Assembly (NCBI GenBank): GCA_963846905.1
Contig: CAWJYB010000056.1
Span: forward strand, 1-32,000
From: an uncultured Actinomycetota bacterium
GTDB taxonomy: Bacteria; Actinomycetota; Actinomycetes; Mycobacteriales; Mycobacteriaceae
DNA length: 32,000 nucleotides
Reading direction: 5' to 3'
Of the stretch, positions 16,479 to 25,701 are shown one piece after another. The first letter of the stretch is position 1; each line of letters opens with the position of its first letter. The position numbers were made by a program, and so were the translations under genes. The notes under the pieces were generated by a model. That model saw only the letters and a list, made by a program, of their open reading frames with translations. It did no database searches and was not told the origin of the DNA.

Positions 16479-17131
16479 CACACTCCTCCTGACCTTCCAG
16501 AACTTCCACTGCTGTCTTGCTGGCCCCCTTCGCCCTGCGGCCGCCTCTCGCGACCTCCACGGCGGGTCGTTACGCCCGCGACTACTACGGGACCTCCGCC
16601 CCACCACAGCACTCCTCGGCCGGACACGGGCCTTCCACCCGAACCGGACCGGCTGCCCGGACCGAGTGGGCGGAGCGCAGGATGGTTCCCACGTTCACCG
16701 AACGATCGATCGGTCAGGGAGGCACCCAGCTCTACCCCGGCAGCATCGCCACGCCTACGCCGCAGTCCTTCGACGCGGCCTCCCCACCGCCGATCAAAAA
16801 CGGCTTCGGAGTCACCCGCCACCACAGGTCCCCATGAGGGCTTTATGGTGGCGGCTGTGCGCTGCATCCCGGCCCATATCCGCCAGATTCGAGCCGGCAG
16901 AGAGGTTACGGGGCGTCGACCACTGGTTCGCTCACGCTGTACCTTCTGACCTTGCTCGGCCAGCCCGCGCCGTCTGGCAGTGCCGGCACGTCTGGCCTTT
17001 GTCGGGGCCGCTTGCCACCCTCACCGGCGTTCCCCGGATCGGGCTGCCCCCAGCTTCACCCGGACCGCTGCGACGGCCCGAGGGAGACGGTCTCTCACCA
17101 CCTCTCGATCTATCAGCGCCTCGTGGCGCAC

Positions 17132-17197
17132 TTGACCGTCTCTCGGGATGACGACCACGGGTGTTGTGCCGTCGTTGATCTTGCCGATGGCTACTAG
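17132..17197 (+). pseudogene. 3' remainder of the intron-split gene fragment
   Basis: With the intron removed, 10116-10118 (GTG) joins 17132 (TTG) in frame, giving ..GRVGDPV|LTVSRDDDHGCCAVVDLADGY*. Whether this is the native C-terminus cannot be verified. Confidence 0.25.
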
Positions 17198-17392
17198 CCA
17201 TCAACGGAGACGTGGTGGATCCGGACGTGACAACCGAGACCGGATCGCTGGGCGAGATCGTCATCCCCACAGCGTCAAACTAGGCGGCCACGGACCCGCT
17301 CGGTCAGCGTGAATCCTGAGTGCCTGGCCACCGATTCCTCTCGGCGGCCCCGGGCACTCAGCACGTCGCTCGACATCCCCCGAGCAGTCGAG

Positions 17393-17460
17393 GCCTATAG
17401 TCGAGCCGGTAGGAACGTGACTCCGCCCTGGCTGTGCGCCAGTCTCAGCACTACCTATCG
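17393..17460. repeat. Conserved ~65-nt block 'X' (paralogue of 18283-18358)
   Basis: CCTATAGTCGAGCCGGTAGGAACGTGACTCCGCCCTGGCTGTGCGCCAGTCTCAGCAC aligns with CCTAATAGCCGAGCCGGAGGGAACGTGCCTGGCCCCTGGGGTTGGTGCGTCGGTGTCAGCAC, about 75% identical by eye. Confidence 0.55.
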
Positions 17461-17504
17461 TTTTCATCCGACAACGACGGTGATGCCACTCCGAGAGTTG
17501 GGCA

Positions 17505-17855
17505 TCAGAGATCTAGGACGAAACGCAGCGCTTGGTCAATGGCTTGCATCTGTCCTGGACTAATCATTCCTTGGCGAGATGACAGACGTTCGACGGACAC
17601 CACTCGCAGTTGGTCGCAGCGAGCGTAGGAAATATGGTCCAGCCCGCTGCTCGCTGGCTCAAGTTCGACGTGGCTTCGCAGGCCGTAACCAGCGGTCGTG
17701 ATCGGGACAATGACCACTAGACCGCCCGGTCCGTTGTTGAGAATGTCGACCGACACCACCACCGCCGGGCGGTAAAAGGCCGGTTCGTGTCCGACTGGCT
17801 GTCCGAGGTCGACGTGGTGCACTTCCCCTCGCCAGATCAAGCCAGTGAGTCCCAC
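17505..17855 (-). CDS. mazF: MazF/PemK-family toxin (endoribonuclease), module 3
   Basis: IWRGEVHHVDLGQPVGHEPAFYRPAVVVSVD...VIVPITT... is the typical MazF N-terminus and core. The start is either the GTG at 17855 or the TTG at 17840, which overlaps the antitoxin stop (TTGA). Confidence 0.8.
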   Translation of the reverse strand: MGLTGLIWRGEVHHVDLGQPVGHEPAFYRPAVVVSVDILNNGPGGLVVIVPITTAGYGLRSHVELEPASSGLDHISYARCDQLRVVSVERLSSRQGMISPGQMQAIDQALRFVLDL

Positions 17856-18070
17856 TCGTGACGCTCGGCCAGGTATTGCTCCCAGAGTTCGGGGTCGTTG
17901 CGCAGGCGTTGGTAATCCCCGTTGAGCCCTCGCAAGAATTCCTGCCTTTCCAAGGCGTCGATGGCTGCGTGCACGACGTCGACAACGGCGGTTTGACGAG
18001 CCTTGGCTAGAGATTGCAGCCGCTCAGAATCGGGACGGCGGACTCGGACGGTTGTGGTTTCTGCTGCCAT
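17837..18070 (-). CDS. mazE: MazE-like antitoxin (RHH type), module 3
   Basis: The 77-aa product is TTVRVRRPDSERLQSLAKARQTAVVDVVHAAIDAL plus an acidic/aromatic C-terminus (DYQRLRNDPELWEQYLAERHEWD). It lies immediately upstream of, and overlaps, the MazF gene. Confidence 0.7.
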   Translation of the reverse strand: MAAETTTVRVRRPDSERLQSLAKARQTAVVDVVHAAIDALERQEFLRGLNGDYQRLRNDPELWEQYLAERHEWDSLA

Positions 18071-18078
18071 GGAATCAG

Positions 18079-18096
18079 TGTAGACGAATTGTAGAC
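18079..18096. promoter_or_regulatory. Direct repeats TGTAGAC-N4-TGTAGAC upstream of mazE3 (putative operator)
   Basis: Two identical 7-mers sit 11 bp apart (one helical turn), 9 bp upstream of the mazE3 ATG. Confidence 0.35.
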
Positions 18097-18282
18097 ACAG
18101 GACATGTTGGCGGATCGTCCCATGTGTTCAGCAAACGAACGCTGGGCAATTTCGAGTACCACCGGACCTCGCCCTCCCGCTTGAGCAGGACGACTCCCAG
18201 GTTCTACATCCAGGCGTCGATGGCGATTCCGCTGGCCTGCCTGGCGCCTCGCCGCGCTGATGGCCGCGCACTGCGTCTCAGT

Positions 18283-18358
18283 CCTAATAGCCGAGCCGGA
18301 GGGAACGTGCCTGGCCCCTGGGGTTGGTGCGTCGGTGTCAGCACCTCTAGCAAACGAT
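18283..18358. repeat. Conserved block 'Y' (paralogue of 17393-17460)
   Basis: See the alignment under 17393-17460. It lies between the mazE3 promoter region and repeat copy 4. Confidence 0.55.
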
Positions 18359-18467
18359 CGCAATGCAGGCCAGCCGATCCGCGCGGGCCAAAGTGGGTCA
18401 GGTACTGCCGCCGGGCCGTCGGGCGTCGCCTCGTCTCATCAGCCGAAGTCACCGATGGCGAGTCGAA

Positions 18468-18532
18468 GGAGTACGGCCGAATCGAATATGGCGGGTTACC
18501 AGTAAACGTCGCCTTTGCACTGCGGCCCCAAC
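18468..18532. repeat. Composite repeat, copy 4 (full length)
   Basis: Reads GGAGTACGGCCGAATCGAATATGGCGGGTTACCAGTAAACgtcgcctTTGCACTGCGGCCCCAAC. It ends 8 nt from the mazF4 stop codon (18541-18543). Confidence 0.8.
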
Positions 18533-18540
18533 GAGTTTCA

Positions 18541-18885
18541 CTACCGAGCAAGGCCGAGGAAGGCCATCATTGCCCGCTCGATCTCGACGAGTTGCTCCGC
18601 CGTTAGTCGGCCCACCCGGGCATGGAGATCCGACCTTCTGACCGTTGTGAGCTTGTCGACCATCACATCGCTATCGTGATCGAGTCCCGAAAGTCGCCCG
18701 TCTCCGCCGTTGATGCGGATGCGTATCAGCGGCGCATCCAACAGCGTGCTGGTCATCGGCGCGACAGTTACCGAACTCGTCGCATCGAAGAGGTCATCCT
18801 GAACGATCACCGCCGGACGCGGCTTCGCCGCGTAGACCCCCCCTGCGACCGTCCAAATCTCCCCTCGATTCACTCCTCGTCCCAC
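18541..18885 (-). CDS. mazF: MazF/PemK-family toxin, module 4
   Basis: [41 protein letters not shown]... is a PemK-like fold signature. It overlaps the upstream small antitoxin gene by 16 nt. Confidence 0.8.
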   Translation of the reverse strand: MGRGVNRGEIWTVAGGVYAAKPRPAVIVQDDLFDATSSVTVAPMTSTLLDAPLIRIRINGGDGRLSGLDHDSDVMVDKLTTVRRSDLHARVGRLTAEQLVEIERAMMAFLGLAR

Positions 18886-19076
18886 CGTGTCGAGACTGCC
18901 TCGAAGAAGTCCTGGTCGTCGTTGTTTTCGTCTGCTCGCGCGACCAGCGAGGACTGCTTGTGCGCCTCGACCGCGAAAGTCTCAGTCCGTACGTCAGGCA
19001 CCCAGACCTGCAGTGGCCGGAGGCCGCGCTCACGCATCCGTCGTCGGTACTCGCCGACTCTTTCCCTCACCGCCAT
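18870..19076 (-). CDS. mazE: MazE-family antitoxin (DUF3018-like), module 4
   Basis: The 68-aa product [55 protein letters not shown] matches the pattern I associate with DUF3018 antitoxins paired with PemK toxins. Confidence 0.7.
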   Translation of the reverse strand: MAVRERVGEYRRRMRERGLRPLQVWVPDVRTETFAVEAHKQSSLVARADENNDDQDFFEAVSTRWDEE

Positions 19077-19084
19077 GGTGCGAT

Positions 19085-19096
19085 GTTACATGTAAC
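19085..19096. promoter_or_regulatory. Perfect palindrome GTTACATGTAAC upstream of mazE4 (putative operator)
   Basis: It lies 9 bp from the mazE4 ATG. It is followed by two direct repeats, TTGGGCCGATGG (19102-19113) and TTGGGGCCGATGG (19121-19133). Confidence 0.35.
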
Positions 19097-19140
19097 GCTG
19101 ATTTGGGCCGATGGGCTGAGTTTGGGGCCGATGGATAGTC

Positions 19141-19192
19141 AGGCGGTCGCGCCAGCGAACAAGGCGGTAAACGTGATTGCGCTACGTCAACA
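19141..19192. repeat. Possible degenerate composite repeat, copy 7 (core deleted)
   Basis: gccagCGAACAAGGCGG|TAAACGTgaTTGCGCTACGtCAAC resembles copy 4 (CGAATATGGCGG-gttaccag-TAAACGTcgccTTTGCACTGCGgccccAAC) but lacks the 8-nt GTTACCAG. The similarity is weak. Confidence 0.3.
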
Positions 19193-19254
19193 CCACCGCC
19201 GTCCTCGACGTAGTCGCCCGTGGCCGTCCGGAGTCCGGTCCGGCGGAAAATGCA

Positions 19255-19932
19255 CTACCTTGCCTGCGTGACAACCACTGTCTGGGTGGTTGCCGCCGCG
19301 GCGCGGACCAGCATCGCCAGCGGGCCGATCAGGTCGGGGTGCAGCGACGTTTCGGGCTCATTGAGCACCATCAGCGAAGGCGGTTCCGGGGCAAGCAGTG
19401 CGGCTGCCCACAACAGAAATCGCAGAGTGCCGTCAGACAGTTCAGAAGCCCGCAATGGCCGCAACATCCCGGGTTGTCGCACCTGCAGGTCAAACACCCC
19501 GTCCGTGGCCACCACCGAGACTGAAGCGCCGCTGAATGCGTCAGCCACCGCACGTTGCAGCTCACCGGAACCGGCGCCCGAACCTGCCTCGACGATCGTC
19601 TGGATGGCTGCGGCCACATCGGCGCCGTCATCGGAGAGCGTCGGCGTGCGAGTGCCCACTTTCACGCGCCGTGACGGCGGCCTCCAGTCGGCGCGGCGGG
19701 CTGGACCGATGAACAGCCGGTGCGGCGCTGCGGCGCGCTTCGACGCTGGTAAGGGGTCACGGGCCAACGATCCGATGACTTCGCCGCGGCCGCAATCGGC
19801 CAAGAGTCGCAGAGCCCGGTAGACCGACGACTTGCCGGTGCCGTTGGCTCCGGTGACCAGCGTCAGCCGGCCCAATGGCAATACGACATCGCGCAACGAC
19901 CGATAACCACGAAAAGCGACCGTGGACAACAT
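19255..19932 (-). CDS. AAA/ABC-type ATPase (RecF/SMC-like Walker A protein), probably shortened
   Basis: It has Walker A LVTGANGTGKSS, an ABC-signature-like LSDGTLRFL and Walker B SLMVLNEPETSLHPD. At 225 aa it lacks the usual C-terminal segment after ..VVVT, and its middle is a low-complexity Arg/Pro stretch. This suggests an internal deletion or frameshift. Confidence 0.6.
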   Translation of the reverse strand: MLSTVAFRGYRSLRDVVLPLGRLTLVTGANGTGKSSVYRALRLLADCGRGEVIGSLARDPLPASKRAAAPHRLFIGPARRADWRPPSRRVKVGTRTPTLSDDGADVAAAIQTIVEAGSGAGSGELQRAVADAFSGASVSVVATDGVFDLQVRQPGMLRPLRASELSDGTLRFLLWAAALLAPEPPSLMVLNEPETSLHPDLIGPLAMLVRAAAATTQTVVVTQAR

Positions 19933-20002
19933 GCTTCCGACCGTATCGAGCGGGTGCGGCCTTTTTCCAATGACCGTCCAGTCCTCACGGCGGTGCCAGG
20001 CG

Positions 20003-20563
20003 TCAGGGCACCATCGTCGGTGACTCCGTCATCGGGGGTTCAGCCGCATCGGGCGCCGGCACGGGAGCTTGCGCTGCCCCCGGCAGCGGGCCGGGCGCAA
20101 ACCCCGGCATCGAGCCGGTCGAGGACTCGGGGGCCGTCAGCGATACGAAACCGGGTGGCAGTTTCGGCGGCGGACCAGCTCCAGGGGGCGCCCCCAGTGC
20201 CTGTTCCGGCGGCGCCATGAATGCGTCGAGCGGGTTACCGCTGTTGAAGGTGTGCCACATATCCCTGAGATACCCCAGCTGACCTGGACTCTGACCGCGG
20301 CCGTAAGCGGGGTTCTGTATCTCGGGCACCGGTGGTGCGCCGACAGGCGGCGGTGCAGGCAAAGCTACCGCCGCTTCCACGGCCGCCGCCGCGGATTGAC
20401 CGGGCGCGGGAGTGGCCGCACCGGGCACAGCGGGTGTCGGCGTCGGTCCGGGTACCGCCGGATCCGCCCCTGCCTGGCCGGCCATAGCCAGCGCACCTGC
20501 CGCAGCGATCACTGCCGTCAGGGCGGCCCTTGCGGGTGCCCTGTTGTGCTGTCGTTCGGTCAT
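20003..20563 (-). CDS. Secreted proline/alanine-rich protein
   Basis: It has the signal-peptide-like N-terminus MTERQHNRAPARAALTAVIAAAGALAMAGQAGA|DP, followed by a Pro/Ala-rich low-complexity sequence with a central YLRDMWHTFNSGNPLDAF block. Confidence 0.6.
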   Translation of the reverse strand: MTERQHNRAPARAALTAVIAAAGALAMAGQAGADPAVPGPTPTPAVPGAATPAPGQSAAAAVEAAVALPAPPPVGAPPVPEIQNPAYGRGQSPGQLGYLRDMWHTFNSGNPLDAFMAPPEQALGAPPGAGPPPKLPPGFVSLTAPESSTGSMPGFAPGPLPGAAQAPVPAPDAAEPPMTESPTMVP

Positions 20564-20752
20564 GGCTTCCGGTGCCTTTCTCGTTTGGCCGGCTCGGATC
20601 TATCACCGAATCGGCGCTGTGCACCGAAGCGACTCGCAAGCAAAGGCTAGCGCCTCCCAGGTGCACCGTCCCGTTTGCGTCACGAAATGATTCCGCCACC
20701 GAATCGGATCACCGCCTGTGACACATTTGTTCACGCGGACCAGTGAAATGGT

Positions 20753-21986
20753 GTGGTGTGTCTTTCAAGCGTTCCTACGATAACGGATCTGACAACCGGC
20801 CAGGTTCCGATTGCCGGGTTCTGCGCGCCCGAGTTCGACGAGGTTCGTGAAGAGTTCGAACGGAATTTCGCCCTGCGCGGCGAAGTAGGCGCCGCAGTGG
20901 CTGCCTGGGTCGACGGCGATCTGGTCGTCAACCTGTGGGGCGGCTGGCAGGATGCCGACACCGAACGGCCTTGGCAACAGGACACTTTGGCCAGTGTGTT
21001 CTCCGGGTCCAAGGGATTGACCAGCACCTGCGTACACCTACTGGCCGAGCGCGGCGAGCTCGACCTGAACAAGCCGGTGGCAGCCTACTGGCCGGAATTC
21101 GCCCAGTCGGAGAAGCAGTCCATCACCGTCGCGATGGTGATGTCACACCGCTCAGGCGTCATCGGGCCGCAACGCAGAATGAGCCCAACCGAGTCCTTGG
21201 ACTGGGACGGCGTTTGCGCGAGGCTCGCCGCAGCTGAGCCCTGGTGGACGCCCGGGACCGCACAGGGCTATCACATGGTCACATTCGGCTTCATCCTCGG
21301 TGAATTGGTCGAAACGCATCACAGGCCGGACCGTGGGCGAGTTCCTGCGGGACGAGATCGCCCGGCCACTGAACGCCGACGTGTTCATCGGTCTGCCGGA
21401 ACGAGATCACGACCGATGCGCGGAGATGATCAACAAGCCGCACATCCGCGACGTGCTGGCCGCAGGCGGCGCACCAGAGCATCCCACCTCGTTGGCCGAG
21501 CACGAAAAGGCCGGATTGGCCGTGGCAATGGGATTCATCCCTGATGACGAACTGAGCTCGCAGGCCATCGCCAGTTGGCGTTCGGCAGAGTTCCCCGCAA
21601 CGAACGCACACGTCTCGGCATTGGGCATGGCCACGTTCTACAACGCCATGGCTCAGGAGAAAGTCGTCAGTCGCGCGCTGATGGACACCTGCCGGACGCC
21701 GCAGGGCGGACTGGAGACCGACGTGGTTTTGGGACCGCGCGTGGCTGACCACGGGTGGGGCCTGGGCTACATGCTCAACCAGCGAGGTGTGGCCGGCCCG
21801 AATCCGGGCATCTTCGGTCACGGGGGTTCGGGTGGCTCGTACGCCTTCGTCGATCTCGAGCACCGAATCGGATACGCGTACGTAATGAACCGGTTCGATG
21901 CCACCAAAGCAAGTGCGGATCCGCGCAGCGTCGCACTCTCGAACGAGATCTACGCCGCCCTGGACGTCACGCCCGCATGCAGCTGA
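20753..21986 (+). pseudogene. Serine hydrolase of the beta-lactamase/esterase family, frameshifted near 21308-21315
   Basis: The first frame has the SxxK motif (FSGSKGLTS) and runs to ..GYHMVTFGFILGELVE. The second frame (from 21300) continues ..KRITGRTVGEFLRDEIARPL...GHGGSGGSYAFVD. One extra base around GTCGAAACGC would explain the shift. The GTG start at 20753 is uncertain. Confidence 0.7.
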
Positions 21987-23278
21987 CCGCTGTCGAGAGC
22001 AGGCCATCCGAATCAGGTGCGCATTTCCGGTGGAGCACCCGCGTCGTCGCCCAGTTGGCGGTGTTGGCTCTTGCGGCCTACGTCTACGTCCTCGCCGAGC
22101 TGGCTCCCATCGGGGCCATGCCCGCCATTGCGTCCGATCTCCATGTCAGTGAAGCGCACGTCGGAATGCTCACCGCTGCTTACGCTTTCATCAGTGTGAT
22201 GACCACTCTGCCGCTGGCCCGATGCACCGCACAGTGGCCTCGGCGCCGTGTGCTCATCCTGACTCTGATGTGTCTGACGGTGTCGCAGGCCCTCTCGGCG
22301 ATCGCTCCGAGCTTGGCGCTGCTCGCCGTGTGCCGGGTGGTGTGCGCAACCACGCACGGTCTGATGTGGTCGACTGTTGCACCGCTCGCGGCCCGACTGG
22401 TCCCGGCGACGCACACCGGGCGGGCTACCACGGCGGTCTACCTCGGAACGTCGGCGGCCTTGATCGTCGGCAACCCCCTGACCTCCGCCATGAGCCAGGC
22501 CTGGGGTTGGCGGCCTACCGTGGCGGTGATGGCGATCGCCGCTGCAACGATCACCATGCTGGCAAGGATCGTCCTACCTGCCATGCCTGTCGTACCCCTT
22601 GTACCCGGCCGGGCCGACGCCGCCCGGGTGAGGAGACGGTGGCCGCACCCTGGCGCCCAGCTCGGCGCGTTGTGCGTGTTGACGCTCATCGGCGTCACGG
22701 CCCACTTCGCCTGCTACACCTACATCGTCGCAGTCATCAGGGACGTCGCTCGCGTCGATGGCGGGATGGAATCCGTGGTGCTCGCCGCCTACGGGGTTGC
22801 GGGGCTCATCGCGATGACGCTGCTCGCACGAGCAATCGACCAACGCCCGCATGCCGCGGTAGCAACCGGCCTCGCCGTTTTGTGTCTCGCATTCTGGAGC
22901 CTCGGCGCGCTGGCATTCACGGGCGCGGGCCCGTTGCGCTCTGCTGTCGGCATCGGGGCCGTCATCGTCTGGGGGGCATCGGCGGCCACGTTGCCGCCCA
23001 TGCTGCAATCGGCCGCGATACGCACGTCGCCCGACGACCCCGAGGAGGCTTCGGCACTGTACGTATCCGCATTCCAAGTCGGCATCGTCGCCGGATCGAC
23101 CGCAGGTGGATTCCTCTACGCGCATTGCGGCATATCGATCGTCGTCGCCACGTCGTCTATCCTGTTCGCCGTCGCACTCGCCGGCGTGCTCGCGCGCAAG
23201 GATGTCTTCTGCTCCCCTGCTCCGGCCAACTCGATGTCGACCGACATCGATCTCAACGATTCCGTCTCCAGCCCCTGA
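21977..23278 (+). CDS. MFS transporter (about 12 TM, sugar/drug-efflux-like)
   Basis: This hydrophobic 433-aa protein starts MQLTAVES at the ATG at 21977, overlapping the hydrolase stop by 10 nt. It has the MFS loop motif-like WPRRRVLILTL. The longer listed ORF (from 21755) overlaps the hydrolase gene out of frame. Confidence 0.75.
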   Translation: MQLTAVESRPSESGAHFRWSTRVVAQLAVLALAAYVYVLAELAPIGAMPAIASDLHVSEAHVGMLTAAYAFISVMTTLPLARCTAQWPRRRVLILTLMCLTVSQALSAIAPSLALLAVCRVVCATTHGLMWSTVAPLAARLVPATHTGRATTAVYLGTSAALIVGNPLTSAMSQAWGWRPTVAVMAIAAATITMLARIVLPAMPVVPLVPGRADAARVRRRWPHPGAQLGALCVLTLIGVTAHFACYTYIVAVIRDVARVDGGMESVVLAAYGVAGLIAMTLLARAIDQRPHAAVATGLAVLCLAFWSLGALAFTGAGPLRSAVGIGAVIVWGASAATLPPMLQSAAIRTSPDDPEEASALYVSAFQVGIVAGSTAGGFLYAHCGISIVVATSSILFAVALAGVLARKDVFCSPAPANSMSTDIDLNDSVSSP

Positions 23279-23511
23279 CGGTCGGATGAACGGCACGCAG
23301 ACATCGCGAGCCCGCATACGGTCCCGCTACCAATGGCCAAAACCATGGTGTACACGCACCCGCGGTCTCCAGCCACTACAAGAATTCGACCGGCGACGTA
23401 CCGACCCTGCTGCCCTGGCGGATGGTCGACTACTGGAAGTGGACCAACCGACCCAACCCGGACGACTACGAACTACGATCCTGAAACGCATCGAGGCAAC
23501 GGGAGGAAGCC

Positions 23512-24294
23512 ATGTACGGACGTTTGGCGGGAAAGGTCGCACTGGTCAGCGGGGGCGCCCGGGGAATGGGTGCCTCGCATGTGCGGGCCATGGTGGCCGA
23601 AGGCGCCCGAGTGGTGTTCGGTGACATCCTCGATGACCAAGGTCAGGCGCTGGCCGCCGACCTGGGCGACGCGGTCCGCTATGTCCACCTCGACGTCACC
23701 CAGCCCGACCAGTGGACGTCCGCAGTCGACACAGCGCTGACCGAATTCGGCGGGGCGCACATCCTGGTCAACAACGCGGGCATCCTGAACATCGGCACTG
23801 TCGAGGACTACGCGCTGAGCGAATGGCACCGCATCCTCGACATCAATCTGACCGGCGTCTTCCTTGGCATCCGGGCGGTGGTCGCACCGATGAAGCAGGC
23901 CGGCCAAGGGTCGATCATCAACATCTCCTCCATCGAAGGGCTTGCCGGCACCATCGCCAGCCATGGCTACACCGCCAGCAAGTTCGCCGTGCGCGGACTG
24001 ACGAAGTCGACGGCTTTGGAATTGGGGCCCAGCGGTATTCGCGTCAATTCGATTCACCCCGGCCTGGTCAAGACCCCGATGAGCGACTGGATTCCCGAAG
24101 ACATCTTCCAGACCGCCCTCGGCCGGGCGGCCGAGCCGATCGAGGTGTCCAACCTTGTGGTCTACCTGGCCAGCGACGAGTCGAGCTATTCCACCGGGTC
24201 GGAGTTCGTCGTCGACGGCGGTACGGTCGCCGGACTGGGGCACAAGGATTTCAGCGCCGTTGCGGTCGACCAGCAGCCGGAGTGGGTGACGTAA
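23512..24294 (+). CDS. fabG3: Short-chain dehydrogenase/reductase, FabG3 (3-alpha/20-beta-hydroxysteroid dehydrogenase)-like
   Basis: It has the TGxxxGxG fold VSGGARGMG, NNAG, and the catalytic S..YxxxK (YTASK). From memory, the whole length closely resembles M. tuberculosis FabG3 (Rv2002). A GGGAGGAAG SD sequence lies 4 nt upstream. Confidence 0.8.
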   Translation: MYGRLAGKVALVSGGARGMGASHVRAMVAEGARVVFGDILDDQGQALAADLGDAVRYVHLDVTQPDQWTSAVDTALTEFGGAHILVNNAGILNIGTVEDYALSEWHRILDINLTGVFLGIRAVVAPMKQAGQGSIINISSIEGLAGTIASHGYTASKFAVRGLTKSTALELGPSGIRVNSIHPGLVKTPMSDWIPEDIFQTALGRAAEPIEVSNLVVYLASDESSYSTGSEFVVDGGTVAGLGHKDFSAVAVDQQPEWVT

Positions 24295-24420
24295 CCCGAC
24301 GCGCAGGCGCCGCCCCGAGGATCTGCCGGGCCGCGCCGGGCACGATGTCGACGTCCCGGCAGCAATCCCGCACAGTCGCTATGCTGGCGCATTCCGATGG
24401 GGCTCGACCGAGGAGCGAAG

Positions 24421-25697
<1,277 letters not shown>

Positions 25698-25701
<4 letters not shown>

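Larger units (their letters stand above)
10119..17131 (-). mobile_element. Bacterial group II intron (about 2.2 kb of its own sequence), inactivated by a 4.8-kb RIT insertion in the RT gene
   Basis: The minus strand begins GTGCGCC at 17131. About 650 nt of structured leader precede the RT ORF, which has RT domains, YADD and a maturase X region. A canonical 34-nt domain V and a domain VI with a bulged A lie 7 nt before the terminal CUUUCAC (last nt 10119). Confidence 0.85.

Noticed and set aside
10201-16607. Could the reverse transcriptase belong to a retron, DGR or other defence RT?
   Set aside because: A canonical domain V, a domain VI with a branch A, a GUGCG 5' end and a maturase X region identify it as a group II intron RT. 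The 43 extra N-terminal codons of the listed ORF (to 16607) lie in the intron RNA leader.
1-19200. Could the recurring GAATCGAATA...GGTTACCAGTA repeat be a CRISPR array?
   Set aside because: The copies are spaced irregularly, 0.2 to 9 kb apart, and they differ in sequence and length. The DNA between them contains whole operons. No cas genes are present.
23290-23484. An open frame ending ..STGDVPTLLPWRMVDYWKWTNRPNPDDYELRS* with strongly coding-like third-position GC, just upstream of fabG3
   Set aside because: There is no plausible start codon upstream (only an internal ATG that would give ~20 aa), and the frame opens right after a stop. It is probably the C-terminal remnant of a lost gene or a tiny ORF, so it is not annotated.
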